Positions 6,926-17,307 of a stretch of 46,484 nt of DNA are shown here, piece after piece (the first letter of the stretch is position 1; the number at the start of each line of letters is the position of its first letter). Under the pieces are notes generated by a model that was not told where the DNA came from, made no database searches, and saw nothing but the letters and a program-made list of their open reading frames with translations. This DNA is from Polyangiaceae bacterium (GTDB lineage Bacteria > Myxococcota_A > Polyangia > Polyangiales > Polyangiaceae): contig JANRKO010000052.1 of NCBI GenBank assembly GCA_033763455.1, positions 1-46,484 of the forward strand. The letters are read 5' to 3'. Position numbers and translations under genes: made by a program.

Positions 6926-8449
6926 ATGCGCGTTTCCTTCGCCCGATTTGGGTTTGCTTGTGCAATTGCCTTCACCGCATCTTCTGCTGCTGCCCTTTCC
7001 GGCACCACAGATCCACTTTTTATTCCGGCTAAAGATTGTTCGCTGCCTGGCGTCAACATGAACTGCGTGTTGTGGGAACCGGCCAATTATAACCCGGCGA
7101 CGAAATACCCGCTCATTGTGTACATGCATGGAGCAGGGCAATCGGGTTGGGACGCCAACCCCGCCTCCAATATGGAGAGGATAGAGAACACCAAGAATTT
7201 CGCTGCCATGCTCATGACCGTGGTGAGCGAAGAGATGGGGGTCACCAATGGCGAGTACCTGGTGATGATGCCGCAGGCGCCCGACTTTGAGACTACTCCT
7301 CCGAACGGCGGAGCCTACGTGCAATGGGACTGGGGCCAGCAGCAATCCTACTCGATGACAACCCTTGCGGAGAGCCCCACCATGCAGCGCGCGCGCGCCA
7401 TGATCGATCAGGTGCGGGGGACGCACAACGTAGACGCTGATCGTATCTACGCCATCGGAGTTTCTATGGGAGGTTTCGGTGCTTGGGATGCGGCCTCGCG
7501 CTACCCGGGGGTGTTTGCCGCAACTCTCCCGAGCGCAGGCGGTGGGTCACCGGATGCCGCTTCTCTGCTCAAGAACATGGCCATTTGGTCGCATCATAGC
7601 GATGCCGATGGCGCCGTACCCTCAAACAGCGATCGAGAAATGTTTCGCGCTGTCGCACTCGCTGGTGGGCGCCCTGTATACACAGAAACCATAAGCTCCG
7701 ATCACTCAGACGGAGGCGTTTCGAGCAATCCCAATTACCTCTCATGGATGTTAGCCCAACGTCGCGGAGTTCCAGCGACTTCCAATCCGGCGCTCGCCTT
7801 CGATCCGCCTGGCGGGGCACTTACATCGCCGGTAATGGTGACCATCTCGAGCGATCAAGGAAGCAACATCCGCTACACGCTTGACGGTACAGTGCCCTCT
7901 TCTTCAACGGGCATGGTGTACAATGGCCCCATTGCGCTCACGGATAGCGTGGTACTGATCGCCATGGTGGAGGGCGGCGGGGAAAGAGTCTTTCACGCGG
8001 CGCCGTTTCAGGTTGACGGCAAGCCGCTGCCTGCCGGAGCCGAACTTGTCAATGGCACACCCCCTCCCCTTCCTCCGGTAACGGGATCCGGGGGCTCGAA
8101 TAGCGGTCCAACAAGCGGGGGCGGAGGCACACCGAACGTCCCCAATCCCGCGAGCGGCGGAGCTTTTAACGCGAGCGGCGGCGCGGCGAGTGCCAGTGGC
8201 GGCTCTTCCGCCAATCCTTTCCCGTCTTCAACCGGAACCGCATCGGCTCCTGTCCCCAGCGGGACCACACCTGTCCCCGGCTCCACCCCCGCACCTGCCG
8301 GCGGCACAACCGCGCCCAAGGCTTCAAGGGGCGAGGCAAAGTCCGGCTGCGCGCTACACAGTTCGGGGCAAGGCGGAGAGGGCACACTCGCTATCTTCGG
8401 CTTAGTGCTCGGCGGCCTCGCTCTCTCTAGGCGCAAACGCTCCTTTTGA
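6926..8449 (+). CDS. Secreted alpha/beta-hydrolase (esterase/peptidase) with Fn3-associated domain, Pro/Gly/Ser linker and MYXO-CTERM
   Basis: AGGAG RBS then signal peptide; YPLIVYMHGAG; GVSMGG nucleophile elbow; IRYTLDGTVP; C-terminal SGCA...TM...RRKR. Confidence 0.85.
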   Translation: MRVSFARFGFACAIAFTASSAAALSGTTDPLFIPAKDCSLPGVNMNCVLWEPANYNPATKYPLIVYMHGAGQSGWDANPASNMERIENTKNFAAMLMTVVSEEMGVTNGEYLVMMPQAPDFETTPPNGGAYVQWDWGQQQSYSMTTLAESPTMQRARAMIDQVRGTHNVDADRIYAIGVSMGGFGAWDAASRYPGVFAATLPSAGGGSPDAASLLKNMAIWSHHSDADGAVPSNSDREMFRAVALAGGRPVYTETISSDHSDGGVSSNPNYLSWMLAQRRGVPATSNPALAFDPPGGALTSPVMVTISSDQGSNIRYTLDGTVPSSSTGMVYNGPIALTDSVVLIAMVEGGGERVFHAAPFQVDGKPLPAGAELVNGTPPPLPPVTGSGGSNSGPTSGGGGTPNVPNPASGGAFNASGGAASASGGSSANPFPSSTGTASAPVPSGTTPVPGSTPAPAGGTTAPKASRGEAKSGCALHSSGQGGEGTLAIFGLVLGGLALSRRKRSF

Positions 8450-8649
8450 GCGCTAGACACCTAAGCGCAAAGACGACGGTCTCAAAGATCCACACGGTGT
8501 GGGCAGCATGCAGGGCACCCCTCCGCGCTGCTCCTGAGGTACTTAGCATGCGAAGAGTTGCCTCAACCGCTGGAAAGGCAGCTCGGCCCCACCGTGAGCC
8601 CATAACTGCTTCCCTTCCCCTCGCCTAGGGCTCTAGCCTTGCGCGCCGC

Positions 8650-9183
8650 ATGAAATACTTCGTCTCCGTCGACGGCACCGAGTTCGCTGTAGACATCACG
8701 TCGAACCCGGATGGCTCGCTCAGCGGATCCCTGTGTGAGCCCTCCACCGCCGCGGATGGCTCGCTCCGTGTCTTTCCTCGCGTGCAAGTGGCACAGATTC
8801 AAGGCGGTTCGGTGGTGCACGTGGGCAACCGGCCCATGGAGGTGTTTCTCGAACCCGCACGGAATGGCCTCCGAAATGCGATCGTCGCGGGCTTTCGAGC
8901 TCCAACTACCATTCAGAGTGAGCGCGATCGCCAGCTTTTGGTGGGTAATCGGCAGGGGCGGTCGGGAACAGGTTGGCTCCGAAGTCCGATGCCTGGCCGC
9001 ATCATCAAGGTCACGGCCAAGGTAGGTGAACGAGTGGAGCGCGGGAGCGCCCTCGTGATTGTGGAGGCAATGAAAATGCAAAATGAGCTATTTGCGGAAC
9101 ATGCTGGCGTAGTGGGCGAAGTGCGAGTTTCCGCTGGCGATACGGTGGAACGCGACGCCGATTTGGTGCGGATCGACGCATGA
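8650..9183 (+). CDS. Biotin/lipoyl carrier protein (acyl-CoA carboxylase biotin-carrier subunit)
   Basis: SPMPGRI...IVEAMKMQNEL. Confidence 0.9.
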   Translation: MKYFVSVDGTEFAVDITSNPDGSLSGSLCEPSTAADGSLRVFPRVQVAQIQGGSVVHVGNRPMEVFLEPARNGLRNAIVAGFRAPTTIQSERDRQLLVGNRQGRSGTGWLRSPMPGRIIKVTAKVGERVERGSALVIVEAMKMQNELFAEHAGVVGEVRVSAGDTVERDADLVRIDA

Positions 9184-10169
9184 TCAATAAGCTTAGCTTC
9201 GCGCATCTGCCGACGCCTCTCTGGCACCACGATGCCCTGGATAGGCTCGTTGGGGCGGAAATTTGGGTCAAACGCGACGACATGACCTCGGGGGCCCAAG
9301 CTGGCAACAAGATCCGAAAGCTCGAATATTTGCTGGCAGATGCTCTCAGAAAGCGCTCCACTGCCGTGATAACCTGTGGGGGCCTCCAATCCAATCATGC
9401 TCGTGCTACGGCTCTTTTGTGCGCCCAGCTTGGCCTAGAATGCCATCTCTTTTTACGAACCAGCGCGCCTTCCGAACCACTACCGGCTACTGGCAACGTG
9501 CTACTCGATCGAATGGCGGGCGCAAAAGTTCACCTCATCACGAGCGCGCAGTATCAAGAACGCTCATCGCTGATGGCAGCTCTAGAGGCCAAGCTCCGCG
9601 CGCAAGGTACGGCGGCGTACGTGATCCCAGAAGGTGGCTCCAATGGGCTCGGCGCTTTCGGCTACGTCGAGGCCATCGCCGAAATCCGCCAACAGTTAGA
9701 CGCCGGCTTGGGCCCAGGGCGGGGTGCGGAATTCGACGCCGTGGTGCACGCGTGCGGTTCGGGTGGCACTGCCGCCGGAGTAGCGCTCGGTATTGGAAAA
9801 TGGGGAGTAGCGAGGCGTGCCATTGCCTTCGCTGTGTGCGACGACATTCGCTACTTCTCTGAGCAGATCGCTGCGATCATCCAAGATGCGCGTGGTCGTG
9901 AGCCGAGTTTGCCGGAACCGGGCCGCTGGTCCGTAGAGGATGCTTGGAAGGGTCCAGCGTATGGGATCGCAAGCGATGAGCAAAAGAGCTTCATCGTTGA
10001 GGTTTGCCGGAAAACAGGGCTCGTGTTGGATCCGGTCTACACGGGCAAAGCGCTGTTCGGCCTTTCTCGGCTGGAGCCAAAGCCCAATCGAGCGCTATTT
10101 CTGCACACGGGGGGCTTGCCTGGCCTTCTGGCAGAAGGCGAAACGTTCGAGGCCGCGTTAGCTCGTTAG
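9180..10169 (+). CDS. dcyD: D-cysteine desulfhydrase family PLP enzyme
   Basis: KRDD, GNKIRKLEY, QSNHAR, PEGGS; DPVYTGK and HTGG carry Thr rather than the ACC-deaminase E/L residues. Confidence 0.8.
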   Translation: MINKLSFAHLPTPLWHHDALDRLVGAEIWVKRDDMTSGAQAGNKIRKLEYLLADALRKRSTAVITCGGLQSNHARATALLCAQLGLECHLFLRTSAPSEPLPATGNVLLDRMAGAKVHLITSAQYQERSSLMAALEAKLRAQGTAAYVIPEGGSNGLGAFGYVEAIAEIRQQLDAGLGPGRGAEFDAVVHACGSGGTAAGVALGIGKWGVARRAIAFAVCDDIRYFSEQIAAIIQDARGREPSLPEPGRWSVEDAWKGPAYGIASDEQKSFIVEVCRKTGLVLDPVYTGKALFGLSRLEPKPNRALFLHTGGLPGLLAEGETFEAALAR

Positions 10170-10196
10170 CTCGTTAGCTCGTTAGCTCGCTAGCTC
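10157..10196. repeat. Tandem 8-bp repeat (GTTAGCTC)x4 + GCTAGCTC
   Basis: Read directly; spans the dcyD stop codon. Confidence 0.95.
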
Positions 10197-10208
10197 CTTT
10201 TGCAGGTT

Positions 10209-12422
10209 TCAATCTTCTTTGCGAATGAGCGGAACCTCTCGCAAACGCTTCTTGAACGCTTTGAAGCGCCCTAGCGCCTTCTCTTTAACTTCGGGGTTGG
10301 TAGACAGATCGTTCTTTTCGCCTGAATCTTTTGCAAGATCGTAAATGCCCAGCACCTTGCCATCGCTCATGATGACCTTCACGTCGTTCTCGATCAGCGC
10401 TTGTCGTTCCTCGTTGTAAGGGCCCGCACTCATGTCGATGAAGATGGGGCGCGCGGAAAGCTGGGGTAAAAAGAGCTCAGCCAGGAGCGACTGGCCGCTC
10501 ATAAAATCGCGATCTTTTCCGCTGGGTGCCGGGACATCCAAGAGGTCCAGCAAGGTGGGCGCTACGTCGATGATGGAACGGCGCTCCTTTACCCGGCGCG
10601 GAGCAACGCCCGGCACATAGAGCAGAAGCGGAACGCGCACGAGCTCTTCCCACACCTCGTACCCATGCCGATACATCCCGTGTTCACCGAACGCTTCGCC
10701 ATGATCGCTCGTGAACACGATCGCGGTGTTTTTCATCAGACCGCTTGCTTCTAGGTAATCGAGGAGGCGCCCGATCTGTTGGTCTACGAAGGCCACCTCG
10801 CCGTCGTAACGTTCACGGCCTTTGTGCCCAAAATCAAATTGGCGATGCGGCACATATTCGGCATGGGGATCCACGTAGTGCACCCACATGTAGAAAGGCT
10901 GCGCCGTATTTTTCGGGTCTTTTAAGACCTCAAGAGCATTGTCGGTGAGCTCATCCCCATTAGAGGTTTGGTCGCCCTCAATGATGTGTTTGGTGGGTGC
11001 CGCGCGCTTATCGATCTGATCAAAGCCGCGTTCGAAGCCGTAGCCGGCCTCATGAAAGTACCAATAGGCTTGCACGCTCAGAGTGCGGATCTTGCCTTGG
11101 ATACGCTCGGGCACGAAGCGATCGAGCGGTCCAAACTTGTTGAAGTGTCGAAAGCCGATATCCGTTTCGCTCCCGTATTTACCGATCAACATTGGCGACA
11201 AGCTCTTGCTTGTATAGCTAGCCAAGGAATACGCGTTTTCGTATATTACGGCTTTTTTCGCGAGTTTATCCAAATTGGGGGAGACATTGCGCGCGTATCC
11301 GAGGTAACCCAAGTTGGCGCGGAGTGTATCCACCGTGATAACGATTACGTTTAAGCCTTTGGGGATTTGTGGGGGGTGCGCAATGTGCGGCACTGCCGGC
11401 ACCGTAGAGGGCGCTTCTACGCTTTTCTCGGCATCTCGCCCTGAGCAATCTTCATCAATGTGGTTTCCCTCAAGGTCGTCCGCCGTTGGATTCATTCGCG
11501 GATCTTGATCGTTGCAATCCCCCCCCCCGAACCACGCGCTAAATCCGTCAGCATCACGATCCGTGAGTTTACGCAACGGCGCCAACGTCAGCTTGGTGAG
11601 CGGCGCATGGCGTTCGAGCGCACGCACCGTGCCGGCGTCGGAAAACGCCGCACTGGCGCTCCCTACAAAAACACCGAGAGCTAGAAGCGGGGTCACCACT
11701 AAGAGCCCTGCGGCCATCCGAGCTACCCCTGGAAGCACCACCACATAAGCTGCCACTCCCATCATTGCCAACAACCCCACGGCCCTCAAATCGAGCTCTT
11801 GTCGGCGAAAAACGCCCAAAGCTTGGTAGCTCGGCCCCTGTCCGCTCGTGGTGCCGATAAATACGAACAGGAGCACACCAGCCACCAAGCCGGCTGCTGC
11901 TAAACCCCAACTTCGCACAACGTTGGGAGCCGTTAACCTTGATTTACCAAGAATCTGCGCCAAAGCCACCCCCACCGCACCTAGCGTGAAGGTGGCGACG
12001 ATAGCAGAAAAGCTCAAAGCCACTCCTGCGCTCCGCGCAACGCTCTCGGTTCCGAGCAGCCGAGTACTGAGCGTTGCGCCCAACACCCATGCTAGCAACA
12101 AAAGCACCGCCGCAACCGAGCCAAGCCTTGCGTACAGGGCGCGCTTTTCAACGGAAAGGGTTTCGAGCCAAGCCCGAAGATGTGCCAATGGCCCCCGTGC
12201 ACCATGCACAAACAACGACGCAAAAAGCACCAACAGCGAAACTCCGAGCCCCATGAACGCGTGGATCCCCACCTGGGCATGAAACGCCGCAAGCCAGGCT
12301 CCCGTTTGAGCGGCCACCCAACGTGCCTCCCAAGCCGCGGCCGCCACGCTCGAAAGAAGGCCCACAGTAAAGACATTGGCTGCGCGCGCGACCCAAGTTG
12401 CGCTGTTCGGCTGGGAACTCAT
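10209..12422 (-). CDS. Multi-TM sulfatase-like hydrolase/transferase with MopE-type Cys/Asp metal-binding repeat
   Basis: N-terminal TMs; DADG..GGDCND..NP..E..IDEDCSG; NVIVITVDTLRA; HYVDPH; TSDHGEAFGEHG; VPLL. Confidence 0.85.
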   Translation of the reverse strand: MSSQPNSATWVARAANVFTVGLLSSVAAAAWEARWVAAQTGAWLAAFHAQVGIHAFMGLGVSLLVLFASLFVHGARGPLAHLRAWLETLSVEKRALYARLGSVAAVLLLLAWVLGATLSTRLLGTESVARSAGVALSFSAIVATFTLGAVGVALAQILGKSRLTAPNVVRSWGLAAAGLVAGVLLFVFIGTTSGQGPSYQALGVFRRQELDLRAVGLLAMMGVAAYVVVLPGVARMAAGLLVVTPLLALGVFVGSASAAFSDAGTVRALERHAPLTKLTLAPLRKLTDRDADGFSAWFGGGDCNDQDPRMNPTADDLEGNHIDEDCSGRDAEKSVEAPSTVPAVPHIAHPPQIPKGLNVIVITVDTLRANLGYLGYARNVSPNLDKLAKKAVIYENAYSLASYTSKSLSPMLIGKYGSETDIGFRHFNKFGPLDRFVPERIQGKIRTLSVQAYWYFHEAGYGFERGFDQIDKRAAPTKHIIEGDQTSNGDELTDNALEVLKDPKNTAQPFYMWVHYVDPHAEYVPHRQFDFGHKGRERYDGEVAFVDQQIGRLLDYLEASGLMKNTAIVFTSDHGEAFGEHGMYRHGYEVWEELVRVPLLLYVPGVAPRRVKERRSIIDVAPTLLDLLDVPAPSGKDRDFMSGQSLLAELFLPQLSARPIFIDMSAGPYNEERQALIENDVKVIMSDGKVLGIYDLAKDSGEKNDLSTNPEVKEKALGRFKAFKKRLREVPLIRKED

Positions 12423-12444
12423 AGTCCCTCGTGCATACGCCGGA

Positions 12445-13428
12445 TCAGGGCTTTTCGGGAGGCTCTATTGGCGCCGGGGCGGCCGCTCGGCGCGACAGGG
12501 GGTGGCTCTTGTCGTAGACGGCGAAGAGCTGATCCAGCGAAAGATGCGTGTAGCGCTGGGTCGTGGAAAGGCTGGTGTGGCCGAGCATTTCCTGGATCGA
12601 ACGCAAATCCGCGCCACCTTCCAGCAAGTGCGTTGCGAAGGAATGCCGCAGGGCATGCGGGTGCAAATCTGGCCGAGCCGCCCCAAGAGCGCCGTAACGC
12701 CGGGTAAAATATTGGATGGCGCGCACCGTCATGCGCGCACCCCGCTGATTCAACAAGAGCGCCGTGGGATGCTGCATCCCAGTCTTCGGATGCACGAGCT
12801 CCGATCGGAGCGGCAAGTAGTCGTTGAGCACAGCGAGCGCCTGGGTGCCCAAAGGAACCAACCGCTCTTTGTTCCCCTTTCCCACTACGCGGATAAGCCC
12901 AGTTTGGCGATCCACATCACCCACATCCAAGCTGCCCAATTCGCTCACACGCAGGCCCGAGCCATAGAGCAGCTCCAGCGCCAAAGCATCGCGCAGCTTC
13001 ACTGCGGACTTCGATAGTGGCTGCAAGAGGGGTGATTCCATCACCTCAGAGGCGCCATGTGGGCTAAGAAATGCGGGCATTTTGCGGCGCACTTTGGGGC
13101 TCGCCAAGAGCGTCGTGGGATTTTTCACGACGAGGCGCTGGCGTTCCAAAAAAGAAAAGAATGCACGCACCGCGGCTAACTTGCGTCCCAAGGTGGCCGG
13201 CACTACGCGCTCAGCTAGATCGCCCAGCCAAGCTCGCAACACTAAGCGGTCCACATCTACGGGAGTGGTGATGTTCGGGAAGCGCTCCTCCAGAAAGGTA
13301 AGTAACTGGTCAAGATCGCGCCGGTAAGCGTTCACGGTGTTCGCAGGCGAACGGCGCACCTCTACGAGCGAAGCAACAAACTCAGCCAGGGCACGACGCA
13401 GCGCTGTGTCCGCGCCAGAGGTCGTCAT
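12445..13428 (-). CDS. xerC: Tyrosine recombinase XerC/XerD
   Basis: SANTVNAYRRDL-like N-domain, LLYGSGLRVSEL, GKGNKER, HPHALRHSFATHLLEGGADLRSIQEMLGH..LSTTQRYTH. Confidence 0.88.
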   Translation of the reverse strand: MTTSGADTALRRALAEFVASLVEVRRSPANTVNAYRRDLDQLLTFLEERFPNITTPVDVDRLVLRAWLGDLAERVVPATLGRKLAAVRAFFSFLERQRLVVKNPTTLLASPKVRRKMPAFLSPHGASEVMESPLLQPLSKSAVKLRDALALELLYGSGLRVSELGSLDVGDVDRQTGLIRVVGKGNKERLVPLGTQALAVLNDYLPLRSELVHPKTGMQHPTALLLNQRGARMTVRAIQYFTRRYGALGAARPDLHPHALRHSFATHLLEGGADLRSIQEMLGHTSLSTTQRYTHLSLDQLFAVYDKSHPLSRRAAAPAPIEPPEKP

Positions 13429-14003
13429 GCGGCACCAGCGCCTCGTTGCCCGAGCTCACCTTCGGCGCGAATCGCCCAGCGTGCCAACAAACCAAGCACC
13501 GAGCCCAGCCCAAGAAGCACGAAAAAGCCGGCAAATGGCGAGGCATGGGCGGAGGTGAGCTGGCGGAGCGCCGCCTGGTAGCGCGCGTCGCGCTGATCGA
13601 CAGGGCTGCCATCGTTGAGCACTTGCAAGAGCGCCAGCTTAGAATTGGCGAGGGTCAGCTCCGCTTGGCGAGGCACGTGCACGTAGCTCGTTTCAAGGGC
13701 CGCGGCACGCATGGCACGGTAGGCCATTTGTGCTAGCCGCCAATCGCCGCGAGCCTCGGCGCCTGAGGCCGCCGCGCGCAAACGGGTGAACGCAAGCTCG
13801 GTATGTTCGGCAAAGGGCACGTACGCCAACGCCGCGCGCCGCGCATGCACCGTGGAAGCCCACACGTCGCCCCGATGAAAGGCTTCGTCGCTCAGGCGCA
13901 TCTGCACGGTACCATCCCGCACCGAACGCACCCCAAGCGTTACTCCCGCGAGCAACGTGGCCAAAAGGCCCACTAATAACCAGCGAAAGCTAGGGCCTCT
14001 CAC
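13425..14003 (-). CDS. Hypothetical membrane protein
   Basis: N- and C-terminal TM segments; GTGA overlap with the upstream gene and overlap with the xerC start. Confidence 0.7.
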   Translation of the reverse strand: MRGPSFRWLLVGLLATLLAGVTLGVRSVRDGTVQMRLSDEAFHRGDVWASTVHARRAALAYVPFAEHTELAFTRLRAAASGAEARGDWRLAQMAYRAMRAAALETSYVHVPRQAELTLANSKLALLQVLNDGSPVDQRDARYQAALRQLTSAHASPFAGFFVLLGLGSVLGLLARWAIRAEGELGQRGAGAA

Positions 14004-14932
14004 AAAAAATCCCTGCGTCTGAAGATCCCCGCGGCCAGCGCCAGCAAGAAGAGCGACCATCCCAATGCCTGCAACGCGGCACTCCCTATGTAGGGCAGGA
14101 GCTCGACACCGGAGGACTCGCCCGTCAGCAAGGTGCGCGGCGGAACATAAAACATGAGGTTCGGCACAACTCGGCTCAAGGCCTCACCAGCATCATGAAT
14201 GGCCTCCCCAAACACGCGCGCCGGGAGGTGAGCCAGAGTGTCGGCGGAGCGACCGACGATGAACACGCCCAGAGTGAAGACGGCGCTCAAGAACGGTGAG
14301 GAAAAAGCCGCAAAAACGGTGGCTACCGCGCTCACGATGCACACTTCGAGGACGGTGAGAACGGCCGAGCCCAGAAGCACTCGGCGATCATCAGGGGCAC
14401 CAGCGGCCATGAACCAGCCTACCAAGAGCAGGCAAAAAGCCCAAAAAATCGGTATATAGGTGCGCCTTCGGGGTAGAAGCAAAGCAGCGCCCCCAGCCAG
14501 CGCCAGGCTGAGCGCGCCAACCCCTGCGATTAAGGACAAGCTCTGATCGGTGAGTGCGCCGAGCGCCAGGAGCAACACTGCCGTGTTCGCGGCCACAAAC
14601 GTGGCCATCGTGAGCACCGTGCCCAGAAACTTCCCGAGCAAATATTCGGTTCGGCTAATGGGGCGGGCCAAGATCGGGAAAATCGTCTTGAGCTCCAGCT
14701 CGCGGTAGAGCGACGTGGCGCCAAGAATGATGGCCACCAAAATCCCATAGATGGAAATCGAAGCCGCCCCAAGGTCACTCACCACGCGAAGGCTGTCGCG
14801 GAGGGCATAAGCGCCCACCACCAAGGAATAGCCGCCGGTGGCGAGGGCCAAGGCGAAAAGTCCGTGCAAAATACGGGCGCGCACCGCCTCGCGGTACGTG
14901 TTCAGGGTGATGGCTCCGATGCGGTGCAGCAT
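14000..14932 (-). CDS. ABC transporter permease (PilI-like ABC-2 family)
   Basis: ITLNTYREAVR, ELELKTIFPILARPISRTEYLLGKFLG, C-terminal FRRRDF. Confidence 0.85.
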   Translation of the reverse strand: MLHRIGAITLNTYREAVRARILHGLFALALATGGYSLVVGAYALRDSLRVVSDLGAASISIYGILVAIILGATSLYRELELKTIFPILARPISRTEYLLGKFLGTVLTMATFVAANTAVLLLALGALTDQSLSLIAGVGALSLALAGGAALLLPRRRTYIPIFWAFCLLLVGWFMAAGAPDDRRVLLGSAVLTVLEVCIVSAVATVFAAFSSPFLSAVFTLGVFIVGRSADTLAHLPARVFGEAIHDAGEALSRVVPNLMFYVPPRTLLTGESSGVELLPYIGSAALQALGWSLFLLALAAGIFRRRDFL

Positions 14933-14981
14933 GATCGACGATATTTATCCGATATTGGCCGAGGTACCAAGTGTGCGGCGG

Positions 14982-17225
14982 CTAAGGCGCCTTTGTGATG
15001 AATACATTAACGGCCCAGGGCCCCACGCTCTGGGCGAACCCATCTACCTGCAGGAAGTAGTCGCCCGGCTCCAAAGTTAGGTCTAGGAACGCGAGAAATG
15101 AGCCGGTTACTGAGGCTGCGCACGCTTCAGGGACTTCTGTTCCCGGGCACGTGGGGCCCCGCCGCACATTCAACAGCACGTCGTAGCCGCTGCCGTCCGA
15201 ATCGATCACCACGCGGCTCCGTTCGCTCAGCGTAAACTTCAAGAGTTGATCGGCAGCTCCTCCTTTTACGAAGCTGCCAAAGTCGCAACTGGCGTCGAAA
15301 TCAGCATTAAAGTTGGCCGTGTTGCCCGTAAAAAGGCCTCCCGCCGGCGGGATTTGGATGGCGTTTGCGCAAGCATCGGCACTCGCCACAGGTGTGGGGG
15401 CCCGGGCTTTTCGTACCCATGGTGTCAGATTAACGCTAGAGCCTAAGGCCGATTCAACGGCCACCCGGTAATCACCCGGGGCAAGGTTCGCGAGCCCTAA
15501 GCGCAGTGGACTTAGAAACGAGGATCTGCAAGCCACTCTAGCCGTGGCGTCACAAGCTGACTCAAATGCACCCACGCTGATCACGTCGTCTCTGGCGCCC
15601 TGAGCCACCAGAAGCACGTCCGAGGGCTCCTGAATTTTTAGCCGCAAAGCAGCGTCCACCGCGCCGCCGAGGCACGAAGCCTGCACAGCATCCACATGGC
15701 CAGAAAGCGCCACCGTATTGCCTTGATTCAGCAAAAGGTCCCGCGCGGTGGAGCAAGCGTTATCCAAAGGGGCTGCCGTGGGTGCCGAAAGCTCCAAAGA
15801 AACGCCCACATTGGTCGGACCGAAAGCACTCACCGCTACGAAGTAAGTTCCTGGTCCGAGCGCGCGCATAAAGAGCTCATTATTCGTCCCCACTCGGCAA
15901 GTAAGCTCACTTGCCTCGTCTGGCGCAGAGCCCGCAATCTCGAGGCAGCGAGCATCTCGCAAGGAAATCACAGGCACTCCCAGGTTATCTTCTGCCGCGG
16001 CAAACAAATGCACGTCTTTCGCCTCAGCCAGGGTAAATGTGTACAGAAGGTCCCCGGCCGGCAAAGGCCCGTAGCCAAACGTTGAATCCCCCGCACAGCG
16101 CGAAGCAAGCTCGGTCTTCACATCTACGAGCTTGGCCACTAAGGGTGTGCCGGGCACAAGCGGGAGCGCTGTCGCACACGTTTCGTGCGCTTGAAGCGGC
16201 GCCACGGGTAAGAAGCGCACGTCCAGAAAAACAGGCTCATCCGCCGTCGAAAACACGTAAAGCGGGTGCACTCCGGGGGCCAGCGCATGCAGTTTGGTGC
16301 GCGCCACAGCCCCGGCATCTGACCACGGGAACGAACCAACGCACCGAGTTTCGGTTGCTGGGTTCCCGCACACCTCCGACGCACCCAGCTTAAGTCGACC
16401 GCGCGCCGTTGTGGCCACCACCTCCACGTCTTGCGCGTCCCCAGGGGGAACCTTTATTGCCACCACGACGTCCCGAAACGGAGTTTTGGCGTCCATGCCA
16501 GAGCCCCCGGTTTGTACGAGCTGGGTAGTCTCGCAGCTCAACGCGTAGTCGCTCCTGGCTGCCGCCAAAGTTGCCTGATAACTGCCAGAGGCTTCTACTA
16601 GTAAAGGGTCCGCACAGGTATCGTTCTTGGGCCCCGCGCATGGCATCTCATCGGCCGCCCCATTGCAATTGTCGTCGCGAGTATTGTCGCAAACCTCAAC
16701 AGCACCGCTACTTATTCTAGCGTTCGTATCGTCGCAATCGCCTCCAGCGCAGTGCCAATCAGGGTCACCATCCCCATCTGCATCCCGCGCACTGTGTTCG
16801 CAGGTGCGGGATGCCTCCACGCATACATCGATAGTGCAAGTATTGTTGTCCGAACACGCGATGGGGTCGCCTGCGCGGCAACCAAGAGTGTTGTCGCAAT
16901 ATTCACTGCCGTTGCAGAACTTCTCATCAGCGCAGCTGGCGTCGTTAGGAACAAACCGGCAGCGCCCCAGGTTCCCGTCGCAGGTGTTCACCGTGCAGGG
17001 TAATTGATCGTCACATTGGGCGTCTAAGGAACACGGCCCGCCGATGGTTGGTTCTCGGTTCTCCCCCGGCACCATTGGCGACAAGGGTGCTTGCCCACCA
17101 GCACCCCCAAGCGTGGATGTGGGCATCACGAACGGACTCGGGGCCGAACTCTCAGAACAGGCACCGAGCAATACGGCGACCCCCGCGGCCATGCAGACAA
17201 TGTGGGAGCGCAGCGTCATCGTCAC
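14982..17225 (-). CDS. Cys-rich lipoprotein with CTxD-type repeats, MopE-type metal-binding motif and PPC-like domains
   Basis: Lipobox LGAC; C-D-xx-C-T-x-D-x-C repeats; DADGDG..GGDCDD..EVCDNTRDDNCNG; repeated NDTC..P / PG.Y...V units. Confidence 0.8.
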   Translation of the reverse strand: MTMTLRSHIVCMAAGVAVLLGACSESSAPSPFVMPTSTLGGAGGQAPLSPMVPGENREPTIGGPCSLDAQCDDQLPCTVNTCDGNLGRCRFVPNDASCADEKFCNGSEYCDNTLGCRAGDPIACSDNNTCTIDVCVEASRTCEHSARDADGDGDPDWHCAGGDCDDTNARISSGAVEVCDNTRDDNCNGAADEMPCAGPKNDTCADPLLVEASGSYQATLAAARSDYALSCETTQLVQTGGSGMDAKTPFRDVVVAIKVPPGDAQDVEVVATTARGRLKLGASEVCGNPATETRCVGSFPWSDAGAVARTKLHALAPGVHPLYVFSTADEPVFLDVRFLPVAPLQAHETCATALPLVPGTPLVAKLVDVKTELASRCAGDSTFGYGPLPAGDLLYTFTLAEAKDVHLFAAAEDNLGVPVISLRDARCLEIAGSAPDEASELTCRVGTNNELFMRALGPGTYFVAVSAFGPTNVGVSLELSAPTAAPLDNACSTARDLLLNQGNTVALSGHVDAVQASCLGGAVDAALRLKIQEPSDVLLVAQGARDDVISVGAFESACDATARVACRSSFLSPLRLGLANLAPGDYRVAVESALGSSVNLTPWVRKARAPTPVASADACANAIQIPPAGGLFTGNTANFNADFDASCDFGSFVKGGAADQLLKFTLSERSRVVIDSDGSGYDVLLNVRRGPTCPGTEVPEACAASVTGSFLAFLDLTLEPGDYFLQVDGFAQSVGPWAVNVFITKAP

Positions 17226-17307
17226 TTGGCGCGAGCATAGCGCTACCTAGGCACTTGGGGCAGCGTTCTTGCTAGAAGGGAATCGTAGCGCGTGGCATCA
17301 TGCTTGG

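Noticed and set aside
12445..13428. XerC as the integron integrase for the attC-like sites
   Set aside because: It lacks the IntI-specific insertion before the HxLRH box, has housekeeping Xer motifs and sits in a chromosomal operon about 7 kb away.
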